A stretch of 64,000 bases of DNA from an uncultured delta proteobacterium (GTDB lineage Bacteria > Myxococcota_A > Polyangia > Polyangiales > Polyangiaceae), in contig CAWJCS010000005.1 of assembly GCA_963841435.1 (NCBI GenBank), positions 1,152,001-1,216,000 on the forward strand, given 5' to 3'. Numbering within the stretch: position 1 is the stretch's first letter; each line of letters opens with the position of its first letter. The translations under genes were made by a program, and so were the position numbers. Shown one piece after another: positions 9,402 to 18,406 of the stretch. Under the pieces are notes generated by a model. The model saw only the letters and a list, made by a program, of their open reading frames with translations. It did no database searches and had not been told where the DNA came from.

Positions 9402-10904
9402 TCAGGCCAGGAGATCCGTGAGCAGACCGCTGTTGTAGGTCGCGCTGCCGACGGAGGGCACGTCGACGCCGACCGCCGAGAGCACCGTGCGCAAGAGGTC
9501 GCTGTGGCTCGGGCTCTTGCCGTTGACGGAGATGCAGCCGTTTTCGTTGTCGTTGGGAAAGTTGATCGGAAAGCGGGCGACGGTGCCGCGCTTGATGGGG
9601 ATGTTGGGCCCTGCGGCGAGCACGAACGGCATGTTGTAGTGCTGATGCCCGTTGCCGCTGTCGATCTCGCTGCACCAGACGACCAGCGTGTCGTCGAGGA
9701 TGCCGTGACTCTGGAGCTGGGTCACGAGGTACGTGAATTCCTCGGCGTAGTAGTTTTCCCACACCGAAAGCTCGTTCCACACCTGGGCGTAGGTCTGGAG
9801 CATCTGGCTCGGCGGATCCTCTTCGTGCTCGAGGCAAATGTTCGCGTAGTCGGGCGGCATGACGGGTAGCCGCTCCACGAACTCGTAAAGCTGGGGCACG
9901 CCGTGCGACGTGTTGTGGTGGTCGAGCGCCTGGCCGACGGCGCGCGCGTTGCTCGCCGCCTGGTCGTACTGCAAGACGCCCGAGCGCGTGACACCGCAGG
10001 CGAGGCCGGCGACGAGCAGATCGATCGCGAGCCGCGAGCGGTCGCGGTACCAGTGCGACGACTGACTGAGATCGACGGTGTCAGACGGCGGTGTCCAAAT
10101 CGCTTCCCAAGACTGGACGTCCGGCTTGGGCGGCAGCGTCGGCGGGCTGCAGACGACGCGCGTCACGCTCTGCCCGGCCTGGTTGACGGCCTCTTGCATG
10201 CCCTCGAGCTGGTAGCGATCCTCGGCGCAGAGCTTGGGCATGAGGTCGCCCATCTGCTGGGTCAGGCTCGCGAAGAGGGCCGTGTTGGCCTGCTCGGCGG
10301 CGAGCTCGGCGGGCGTGGGCCCCGTCATGCTCTGGATGGCGCCGGCCATGTATTGCTCCATGACCTCCCAGCAGCTCCTGAGCGGATCGCGCGGCACGCC
10401 CGAGCCGTCGTAGATGCACCGGTTCTGCGGGCTCGCGCTCTGGGCGGTGTTCAGGACGGCGACCACCTGCTGGTAGAGGCTGTCCTTGCGCACCGTGCCC
10501 GTGACGTTCTGCATGAACAGCGTGTCGACGCTCGGGAAGCCGACCGCGCCGCCCGTGAGCGCGCTCGTCTGCGCCGTGCCCGTGAAGAGCGACGCCATGC
10601 CGCCTTCGTGGGTGCCACCGATGATGGGCGCGCAGTAGTTGCGGATGCCTTCGGTGAGCGTGACGTGCTCCTTGATGGGGTCGAGCGCCTTGAGGTTTTC
10701 GCGGAACACGAGCGAACCCGTGCTGTCGTCGGCGCCCCACAGGTGGCGGATGCGACCGTTCGCGCTGAACATCAAGACGAGCTTGGTGGCCGATTGTCCC
10801 TGCGCGTAGCCCGGCAGGCTGCGCAAAAGGGGAAGCATGGCGGCCGTGGCGCCGATGCTGGTCAGGAAACGCCGGCGCGAAGTGATGAGCTTTCTCTGGT
10901 TCAT
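9402..10904 (-). CDS. DUF1552-family Tat-exported protein
   Basis: Twin-arginine SRRRFL, KLVLMFSANG, LACGVTR, HHNTSH, LDDTLVVWCSEI, HQHYNMPFVLA; overlaps the upstream DUF1592 gene by 4 bp. Confidence 0.85.
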   Translation of the reverse strand: MNQRKLITSRRRFLTSIGATAAMLPLLRSLPGYAQGQSATKLVLMFSANGRIRHLWGADDSTGSLVFRENLKALDPIKEHVTLTEGIRNYCAPIIGGTHEGGMASLFTGTAQTSALTGGAVGFPSVDTLFMQNVTGTVRKDSLYQQVVAVLNTAQSASPQNRCIYDGSGVPRDPLRSCWEVMEQYMAGAIQSMTGPTPAELAAEQANTALFASLTQQMGDLMPKLCAEDRYQLEGMQEAVNQAGQSVTRVVCSPPTLPPKPDVQSWEAIWTPPSDTVDLSQSSHWYRDRSRLAIDLLVAGLACGVTRSGVLQYDQAASNARAVGQALDHHNTSHGVPQLYEFVERLPVMPPDYANICLEHEEDPPSQMLQTYAQVWNELSVWENYYAEEFTYLVTQLQSHGILDDTLVVWCSEIDSGNGHQHYNMPFVLAAGPNIPIKRGTVARFPINFPNDNENGCISVNGKSPSHSDLLRTVLSAVGVDVPSVGSATYNSGLLTDLLA

Positions 10905-12655
10905 TGGCAGGCCATCCCCGGCGTCACGGTGTTTCTGAGTTGCATGAGCGGGCTCGCAGCCACCTCGACGAGCAGCGTTCTCAGGCCGAGATTTCCGGCT
11001 TGGAAGGCGTCCCACACGGCGAGGAGCCCGCAGGCGTCGGCGCTCGCCTCGCCGCGACCCAGCGCGAAGCGCGCCGTCTGGATCGCGAAGCATTGCTGCG
11101 GCAAGAGATTGCTCGAGAGCACGTCGAGCAGCTCCGCGGTGTTCGCGAAATCGATGCGATCCGCATCGCTCGCGATGTAGCCGGCCGTGCTGGGAGCGGT
11201 CGATGCGTCGTAAGCACCCGTGGCCGTGAGTGTGGCAAAGCCGTACCCGATTGGGTCCATCAGCGTGTGACAACCGGAGCAGGCCGGATCGGCGGCGTGC
11301 TGATCGAACAGATCGTTGTTCGTCTGGCCGGGCTCCTGCGGGGGCAACTGCATGTTCACGTTGTCCTTCGGCAGCTCGACCGGCTCGCAGAGCAGCGCCT
11401 CGCGCACCTGCTTGCCCCGCTGCGTCGGAGACGGGCCGTCACCCTTGACGTGCGAACGCGCGAAGGCCGCCGTCATCAGGAGTCCCTGGCGTTCGGCCGG
11501 GAGCGCGATGGTGCCGTCGGAGGCGGCCGTTCCGCCGTAAAACTGCGCGAGCTCGGCGCCACCACGGCTCGTGTGAGAGGTGATGAGCTCGGGATAGGTG
11601 CCTGTCCCGCGGACGGACGCGACCATGACGTCGCCGGGCTCCGCGTCCATCGCGGCGTCGAGCGTCGTGCCGCCGGGGGGCGACGGCTTGAGGCCGAGCC
11701 ACTCGCTCGCGAAGGCGCGCAGCACCGGCTCCGCCTTCGGATCATCGAGCATGCGGCCGGCTTCGGCGCGGATTTGATCGCTCGTGGCGAGCGTGCCGCC
11801 GTCGGCCGCCGCGAGCAGCGCGTCGTCCGGCACGCTGCGCCAGAGGAAGCTCGCGAGCCGGCCCGCGAGCTCGCTCGGGCTCAAGCGCGACACGGCGCCC
11901 TCCGGCGTGCCGAAGTCCATCGCGTACAGAAAGCGCGGTGAGTTCAGGATCCAGCGGATCGCCGTCGAGGCAGCGAGCGTGGGGTCGCTCGCCGCGACCG
12001 TCTGGTAGAGCGAGGTGAGGCGCGTGGTGTCGGCGTCGTCGAGCGCCTGGCCGTGAAACGCGCGACGCGCCTTGCCCGCGAGGAAGCCGAGAACGCACGT
12101 TGCGTCGGACCCCGCGCACCCGGACATCGTGGCGAGATCGGCCGCGACCTGGTCCGCCACCGCCTTACCGCTCGTGTCGTAGCGCGTGAAGTTGTCGACC
12201 GTCATGCGCGTGCGCACGTTCGCCGTGAACGTGCCGAGCGCTTCGTCCGACGGCAGATCACCCTGGTTGACCTCGATGCCGAAGAGGTCCCGGATCGCGT
12301 TGTGGTACTCGAGACGCGAGAGGCGCCGGATCGGCGTCGGGCCGACGGCCGCGACGCTCGGATCGGCGCACTGCGTGAGCACACCGACGCCGACGCCCTT
12401 GCCGGGCGGCTCGGGCATCCCCGCGCTGCCACCCGACGCGCTCGCCCCCGCGGCACCGCCGCTCGACACCGAGCCACCCGACGCTGACGCGCCGCCCGTC
12501 GAGATGCTCCCGGCGCTGCCGCCCGATGCGCTGGCACCGCCGGCCCCACCAGTCCCCCCGCTACCGGGACCTGCACCCGACGCCGGTGACGACGGGGCCC
12601 CCCCGGCGGAGCACCCGACGCACCCGAGCAGCATCAGGGCGAGGAGACGTCGCAT
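10901..12655 (-). CDS. DUF1587/1595/1592/1588/1585 (PSD) multidomain lipoprotein with CxxCH
   Basis: Lipobox, Gly-rich linker, RRLSRLEYHNAIRDL, SPRFLY, ELAGRLASFLWRSVPD, SPTQRG, CSGCH..MDPIG. Confidence 0.88.
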   Translation of the reverse strand: MRRLLALMLLGCVGCSAGGAPSSPASGAGPGSGGTGGAGGASASGGSAGSISTGGASASGGSVSSGGAAGASASGGSAGMPEPPGKGVGVGVLTQCADPSVAAVGPTPIRRLSRLEYHNAIRDLFGIEVNQGDLPSDEALGTFTANVRTRMTVDNFTRYDTSGKAVADQVAADLATMSGCAGSDATCVLGFLAGKARRAFHGQALDDADTTRLTSLYQTVAASDPTLAASTAIRWILNSPRFLYAMDFGTPEGAVSRLSPSELAGRLASFLWRSVPDDALLAAADGGTLATSDQIRAEAGRMLDDPKAEPVLRAFASEWLGLKPSPPGGTTLDAAMDAEPGDVMVASVRGTGTYPELITSHTSRGGAELAQFYGGTAASDGTIALPAERQGLLMTAAFARSHVKGDGPSPTQRGKQVREALLCEPVELPKDNVNMQLPPQEPGQTNNDLFDQHAADPACSGCHTLMDPIGYGFATLTATGAYDASTAPSTAGYIASDADRIDFANTAELLDVLSSNLLPQQCFAIQTARFALGRGEASADACGLLAVWDAFQAGNLGLRTLLVEVAASPLMQLRNTVTPGMACQ

Positions 12656-12748
12656 GCCGGAGGTTTAAGGCGAGTGTGGAACCGGATCCAGCGGATCGGG
12701 CATGTTCCGTAGGAGGTGAAGCTTTCTGGTCGGAACAGAACGACCAGC

Positions 12749-14176
12749 TCAGCCGACGGGTCTCAGTAAGAGTGCGTGCTCCCGGCGAGGCGCGTCAGAA
12801 AAAGCGTCCTGGGTCGGCGCGTGAAAGTGGGGGCGCCGCTGCGAGGCCCCGGCAGCCAGGCTGAGGCCGCTCTCCACGCAAAGCTCGCGCACGATCTCGT
12901 CGGTCCGCACGGGCATGCCAGCCAGGACGGCGTCCGCCACCACGAGCACCGCCCCACCCTTTCGGGTGAGCACCCGACCCATCTCGTCCAGCGTCCGCCC
13001 GAGCTCGCTCCGGTAGCGCGCCAAGGCGGGACGGAACCCGACGTTGCGCGTGTGGCGCCGCGCCCCGATCTCGAGCAGTGAGAAGCGCTCGGCGTCGAAC
13101 CCCAACCAGCGCAGGCGGTCCCGGTGGTGGACGAGGTAGTCGTACACGCCCGGGTACGGAGGTGAGGTAACGATCAGGTCGACGCTGCGAGCCGCCACGG
13201 ACTCGAGACGGCGGGCGTCGGCGAGGAAGAACTCCGCGCGCGGCGCACGCGCCGGGAGCAGGGCCTCCGCTTGGTCGAGGCGGCGTGCCAAATCCTCGGC
13301 GCGCTGCACGAAGAAGCGCAACGTGAAGCCACCGCTCAGCCGCTTCGGCGCCTCGCGGCGGCCGGTGTCGCCGCCACGCACGCTCACCTTGGTGAGCACG
13401 GCGGAGAGCACGAGCATCAAGCTGCGTTCGAGCGCCTCGTGCGACAGGTGCCCGATCCCGGCGCGCAGCCCGTCGAGCTCGAGCAGCACGTGCGGCTCGA
13501 ATAGCGAGACGTCATCCTCGCCGTAGCGCCGCGTGGCCCCGGCTTTCGTCCGGCGCCGCTCGTCGGCGTGCGCGGCAACCTCGCGGGCTGCCGCGACCAG
13601 ACGACGCGACCACGACGCGCCCGGGCCGTTTGTCTTCAGGCTCGACAGCTCGAGAGCGAGCGGATTCACGTCCGAGCCGAGAGCGCGGTACCCCGCGAGC
13701 CGCGCCTCGACGAGCACCGTGCCGCTGCCGCAGAAGGGATCGAGCACGACGCCGCCGGGACGCGCGAGGCCGCGCACGAGCGCGCGGGCGGTGTCGGGGT
13801 GCAGGCGCGCGGGGTAGCTGTGAAAGCCGTGAACGTGCCGTTGCGTCGCGGTCTCGTCGGGTGTCACGGCGAGGGCGGCCTCGAGCACGCGGCGCTCCTC
13901 GGGCGTGCCCCCGTGAACCTCGCTGGGACCACCGACGTGCGAGAGCGCACGCCGCACGCGCGGTGTCGCACGGGGTGGTGCGGCAGCGGGCGTCGCCCTC
14001 GGTGCTGCGCGCGATGCCGTGCGCGCTTTTGGATCCGGCGTTGCGCGCGGTGTTGCGCGCTCTGCTGGACGCGGGGTGCCACGCGCAGTTGCCCGCGCTT
14101 CTATGCGCGCTTTTGCACCCGTGGTCGTGCGCGCCGCCGCACGCGGTGCGACGTTCTTGTGAGGTCGAGTCGGCAC
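12749..14176 (-). CDS. Orphan amino (N4C/N6A-type) SAM-dependent methyltransferase with basic N-terminal tail
   Basis: HGFHSYPA, motif I DPFCGSGT, motif IV TSPPY; no adjacent endonuclease. Confidence 0.8.
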   Translation of the reverse strand: MPTRPHKNVAPRAAARTTTGAKARIEARATARGTPRPAERATPRATPDPKARTASRAAPRATPAAAPPRATPRVRRALSHVGGPSEVHGGTPEERRVLEAALAVTPDETATQRHVHGFHSYPARLHPDTARALVRGLARPGGVVLDPFCGSGTVLVEARLAGYRALGSDVNPLALELSSLKTNGPGASWSRRLVAAAREVAAHADERRRTKAGATRRYGEDDVSLFEPHVLLELDGLRAGIGHLSHEALERSLMLVLSAVLTKVSVRGGDTGRREAPKRLSGGFTLRFFVQRAEDLARRLDQAEALLPARAPRAEFFLADARRLESVAARSVDLIVTSPPYPGVYDYLVHHRDRLRWLGFDAERFSLLEIGARRHTRNVGFRPALARYRSELGRTLDEMGRVLTRKGGAVLVVADAVLAGMPVRTDEIVRELCVESGLSLAAGASQRRPHFHAPTQDAFSDAPRREHALLLRPVG

Positions 14177-14183
14177 TCGGCGC

Positions 14184-15422
14184 TCAGCCCATACCCCGCA
14201 GCTCCGTCGCTGCTTTCACGCGCTGCACCCCCAGCGCGAACGCCGCCGTGCGCATCGAGCAGTGGTACTGGTCCATCACGCCCACGATGGCACGGTGAGC
14301 CGCGACCATGTGGTGCTCGAGCCCCTGATTCACGCGCTCCTCGCTCCAGCTGAGCTTCTGGGTGTTCTGGGTCCACTCGAAGTAGCTCACGGTGACGCCG
14401 CCCGCGTTGGCCCAGATGTCGGGGATGCACGTGATGCCGCGCTGCGAAAAAATCTGGTCGGCCTCGGCGGTCGTCGGGCCGTTCGCTGCCTCGAGCACCC
14501 ATTTGGCGCGCACGTCTCGGGCGTTGCCTTCGTGCAGTACGTGGCCGAGCGCGGCGGGGACGAGCACGTCGCACTCGAGCGTGAGAAGATCGGCGTTGTT
14601 GATCGCGTCGCTGCCGGGAAAATCGACGACGCTGCCCGTCTCGGCCTGGCGCTTGAGGAGCGCTGGGATGTCGAGGCCGTCACCCTTGAACACGCCACCC
14701 TTCACGTCGCTCACGGCAACCACGCGCGCGCCGTGCTCGTGAAGCAGCCGGGCGAGCCAGCTGCCGACGTTGCCGAAGCCCTGGATCGCGAAGCTCGCTC
14801 CCGCGAGCTTGCGGCCCGCGGCGCCGAGCACCTCGCGCGCGGCGAACAGGCAACCGCGCCCCGTGGCCGAATCGCGCCCCAACGAGCCGTGCAGCTCGAG
14901 CGGCTTGCCCGTGACGACGGCCGGCGAAAAACCGAGCATGCGACTGTACTCGTCGAAGAACCAGCCCATCACGCGCGAGTCGGTGTTCATGTCGGGAGCG
15001 GGAATATCGGTGTCCGGCCCGATCACGGCCGCGACCTGCTGGACGAAGCGCCGCGTCAGCCGCTCCCGCTCGCGTTGCGTCAAGAGCTTCGGATCGACCT
15101 GGATGCCACCTTTGGCGCCGCCGAAGGGCACGCCGACCACGGCCGTCTTCCAGGTCATGAGGCTCGCCAGCGAGCGCACCTCGTCGAGATCGACGTCTGG
15201 GTGGTAGCGAAGGCCGCCCTTGAAGGGTCCGCGCGAGTCGTCGTGCTGCACGCGGTAGCCGATGAAATGACCGATCGCTCCGTCGTCGAGCTCGATCACG
15301 AGCTCGACGCGCAGCTCGCGGCTCGGCGTGATGAGCAGCGTGCGAAAGCGTTCCGGCATGTCGAGCAAGTCGAATGCCTGGTCGAGGTAATGGTTCGTGG
15401 TCAAATAGGCGTTCGAGCTCAT
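14184..15422 (-). CDS. gdhA: Glutamate dehydrogenase (Glu/Leu/Phe/Val family)
   Basis: GPFKGGLRYHP, MTWK, GGAKGG, DIPAPD, QGFGNVG, NAGGVTVSYFEW. Confidence 0.92.
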   Translation of the reverse strand: MSSNAYLTTNHYLDQAFDLLDMPERFRTLLITPSRELRVELVIELDDGAIGHFIGYRVQHDDSRGPFKGGLRYHPDVDLDEVRSLASLMTWKTAVVGVPFGGAKGGIQVDPKLLTQRERERLTRRFVQQVAAVIGPDTDIPAPDMNTDSRVMGWFFDEYSRMLGFSPAVVTGKPLELHGSLGRDSATGRGCLFAAREVLGAAGRKLAGASFAIQGFGNVGSWLARLLHEHGARVVAVSDVKGGVFKGDGLDIPALLKRQAETGSVVDFPGSDAINNADLLTLECDVLVPAALGHVLHEGNARDVRAKWVLEAANGPTTAEADQIFSQRGITCIPDIWANAGGVTVSYFEWTQNTQKLSWSEERVNQGLEHHMVAAHRAIVGVMDQYHCSMRTAAFALGVQRVKAATELRGMG

Positions 15423-16642
15423 CCTTGCCTCACGGTTTCGAGGATCTCCTCGTCCGACAGCACGTGATCGGCCGCCCGGGCGCGATCCAACACGGCGCGG
15501 ACGACCGCGTCGCTCTCCGGGATACCACGCTCTCGGAGCCAGCTCACGACGTTGGCGCGTCCGGACATCGCGCCGACGCGGATCTCCTGCCGCCGGCCGA
15601 GCGCGGCCGCAGGGACCCCCGCGTAAACACCGTCGGCGAATGCCACACCGTGGCGGCGTGCCTTCACGATGGCGGCAGCGTGAACGCCCGTGGCGGTCCT
15701 GAAGGCGTTGGCGCCGAGCATGGGGTGGTTCGCGGGTAGCTGCCAGCCGAGGATCTCGGCGCTGCGCCTCGCGTAGGCCGCCACGGGCTCGAGCGCGAGG
15801 GGCAGGCGCCCCTGGAGCAGAAGATTCAGGATCAAGAGCTCGAGCGGCACGTTGCCCACGCGCTCGCCCACGCCAAGCACGGTGGCGTGCACGCGGTCAA
15901 CGCCGGCGTCGAGCGCGGCGAGGGCGTTCGCGAGCGCCAGTCCGCGATCGTTGTGGCCGTGCCAGTCGAGCCGCGCGTCACCGTGCTCGGAGACGAAGGA
16001 GCGCGCGAAAGCGACGAGCGCGCGCGTCCCTGCGGGCGTCGCGTGACCCACGGTGTCGCAAAGGCAGATCCGACTCGCGCCGGCGTCGAGCGCCGCGGCG
16101 AACAAGCGACGCAGCGTCTCGGGATGGGAGCGCGTCGTGTCCTCGGAGACGAAGGCGGCCGCGAGCCCTCCCTCGCGCAGCACCTCGAGCGCCTCGGTCG
16201 TGCGGCGCAGGCACAGCTCGAGGTCCCATCCCTCGACGTGCGCGCGGAGAGCGCTCGTGCCCACGAAGGCGTGCGCTTCGATGGCGACACCGCTCGTCTG
16301 CGATAGCTCGACGATGGCCCGCATGTCCCGCGGCAGCGTGCGACCCGCGCACACGACCGAAAGCGGCAAGCGCTCGCGCGCGATTTCGCGGCATGCCGAG
16401 AGACACCCCTCGAAGGCCCCGGCCGAGCTCCCGGGCATCCCGAGATTCACGCTCTCGACGCCCGCCCCCGCCATCAGGTGCAAGAGCTCGAGCTTCTCGG
16501 GGGTGGTCGGCTGGCGCACGGCGGCGTTCTGCAGACCATCGCGCAGCGTGTCATCGAGCAAGGCGACGCCGGCCGGCCGCGACTTGCCGCCCTCCGGAGC
16601 GTTCCAGTCGTGGATCAACGCCGCGATGTCGGGAGCGGGCAC
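15419..16642 (-). CDS. DRE-TIM metallolyase (isopropylmalate/homocitrate synthase-like), no regulatory domain
   Basis: DDTLRDGLQ, LCDTVG, HGHNDRGLA, GVGERVGN, GVHAAA; 407 aa. Confidence 0.85.
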   Translation of the reverse strand: MPAPDIAALIHDWNAPEGGKSRPAGVALLDDTLRDGLQNAAVRQPTTPEKLELLHLMAGAGVESVNLGMPGSSAGAFEGCLSACREIARERLPLSVVCAGRTLPRDMRAIVELSQTSGVAIEAHAFVGTSALRAHVEGWDLELCLRRTTEALEVLREGGLAAAFVSEDTTRSHPETLRRLFAAALDAGASRICLCDTVGHATPAGTRALVAFARSFVSEHGDARLDWHGHNDRGLALANALAALDAGVDRVHATVLGVGERVGNVPLELLILNLLLQGRLPLALEPVAAYARRSAEILGWQLPANHPMLGANAFRTATGVHAAAIVKARRHGVAFADGVYAGVPAAALGRRQEIRVGAMSGRANVVSWLRERGIPESDAVVRAVLDRARAADHVLSDEEILETVRQG

Positions 16643-16670
16643 CAGGAGTCGATGCTAACACACCACCGCC

Positions 16671-18209
16671 GTGAAGCTTTCCGACAGAACTCGACGCGCG
16701 ATCCAGATGCGCCTCGCCGACGAGGTCGGGCGCCTGGACAAGGACGCGTCGTTTCGCGTCGCGCTCACCTATCCGTCGCCCTACCGCGTCGCGATGAGCT
16801 CGCTCGGGTACCAGGCGGTCTACCGGGCGCTGCAGGGCCTGCGCGGTGTGGCGTGCGAACGCGTGTTCTTGCCGGACGGCGCCGAGAAGCCCGGCGCGCC
16901 GTGCGAGCGCCCCGTGAGCTACGAAGGGCTGCGCGAGCTCGCGGAGTTTCCGCTGATCGCCGTGAGCGTCGCCTACGAAATCGAGCTCGCAGGGCTCGTC
17001 AAGCTGTTCGACGCCTCGGGCATCCCGGCGCTCGCGGCCGAGCGCGACGAGCGCGCGCCGTTCGTGCTCGCGGGTGGGCCGCTCACGTTCTCGAATCCCC
17101 TGCCGCTCGCACCGTTCGTCGACGCCATCTTGATCGGCGAGGGCGAAGGGCTCGTCGAGCGCTGCGTCGAGATCCTTTCGCAAGCCGGGTCGCGCCGCGA
17201 GGCGCTCGAAGCATTGTCGACCATCGAGCACGTGTTCGTCCCCAGCGTGCACGGCGACCAGTTGCCGCCCGTCGCGGCCTGCGACGACGCGCTCTTGCCC
17301 GCGACGAGCGTGATCCTGACGCCGCACACCGAGCTTTCGGGCATGTTCCTCATCGAGGCCGAGCGTGGCTGCTCGCGCGGTTGCACCTACTGCGTCATGC
17401 GCCGCTCGACGAACGGCGGGATGCGCGTCGTTCCCAAGGAAATCGTGCTCGATCGCATCCCCGCGGACGCACGCCGCGTGGGGCTCGTCGGGGCCGCCGT
17501 GAGCGACCACCCGCGCATCGTCGAGATCGTGCGCGCGCTCGCCGAGCGCGGCTCGGAGGTCGGCCTCTCGAGCCTCCGACCCGATCGCCTGAAGGACGAG
17601 CTCGTCGAGGCGCTCAAGCTCGCGGGCTACCGCACGCTGACGACGGCGCTCGACGGTCCGAGCGAGCGCCTGCGGGGGCTCATCGAACGGCGCGGCCGCG
17701 AGCCGCACTACGTTGCCGCCGCCGAGCGCGCGCGTAAATACGGCATGATCTGTCTCAAGCTCTATCTGATGGTGGGGCTCCCGGGGGAGACCGACGACGA
17801 CATCGACGAGTGTGTGCGCTTCGTGAGCCACCTCTCGCACATCGTTCCCGTGGCACTCGGCGTGGCGCCATTCTGCTCGAAGAGGAAGACGCCGCTGGAC
17901 GGCATGCCCTTCGCCGGCGTGCGGACGGTCGAAGGTCGCCTCGACCGGCTGCGGCGCGGCCTCCAGGGGCGCGCGGAGGTACGGCCGACGAGCGCCCGCT
18001 GGGCGTGGGTGGAGTGGGTGCTCGCCCAGGGTGGCATCGCCGAGGGGCGCGCCGTCGTCGGGGCCGTCCGCGCTGGCGGGCGCTATGCGGACTACGTGCG
18101 GGCGTTCGCGGCGCTCGGGCACGAGCCCGACGGCCGGGGGTACGCCAACGTTCAGATGCCGGTCGCTCCGGAGCGGGTCAGCCGGCGCGTCCTGCCCGTC
18201 GCGGGCTGA
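16671..18209 (+). CDS. Radical SAM protein with N-terminal B12-binding-like domain
   Basis: CSRGCTYC motif, YPSPY..MSSLG, AGGP...SNP, KLYLMVGLPGE. Confidence 0.85.
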   Translation: MKLSDRTRRAIQMRLADEVGRLDKDASFRVALTYPSPYRVAMSSLGYQAVYRALQGLRGVACERVFLPDGAEKPGAPCERPVSYEGLRELAEFPLIAVSVAYEIELAGLVKLFDASGIPALAAERDERAPFVLAGGPLTFSNPLPLAPFVDAILIGEGEGLVERCVEILSQAGSRREALEALSTIEHVFVPSVHGDQLPPVAACDDALLPATSVILTPHTELSGMFLIEAERGCSRGCTYCVMRRSTNGGMRVVPKEIVLDRIPADARRVGLVGAAVSDHPRIVEIVRALAERGSEVGLSSLRPDRLKDELVEALKLAGYRTLTTALDGPSERLRGLIERRGREPHYVAAAERARKYGMICLKLYLMVGLPGETDDDIDECVRFVSHLSHIVPVALGVAPFCSKRKTPLDGMPFAGVRTVEGRLDRLRRGLQGRAEVRPTSARWAWVEWVLAQGGIAEGRAVVGAVRAGGRYADYVRAFAALGHEPDGRGYANVQMPVAPERVSRRVLPVAG

Positions 18210-18406
18210 CGGGCCAGGCCAGCCGGGCCGCCATCGACCCGGCCCGAGCTGCGCCAGCTCGTGCCCGACTGCCAGCCCCTCGGGCGAGCGCGCGCCCGCC
18301 GTGACCTCGAGCCTGCACCGCACCGGCCCCCACCCCGCCAGGTCCGCCTGAGCACGCGAGCCGCCTCTTCGCCGTCTCTTCGGATGTCGTTCCGAGGCGC
18401 GGCCGC

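Noticed and set aside
12749..14176. Restriction-modification system
   Set aside because: No recognisable endonuclease or specificity gene nearby.
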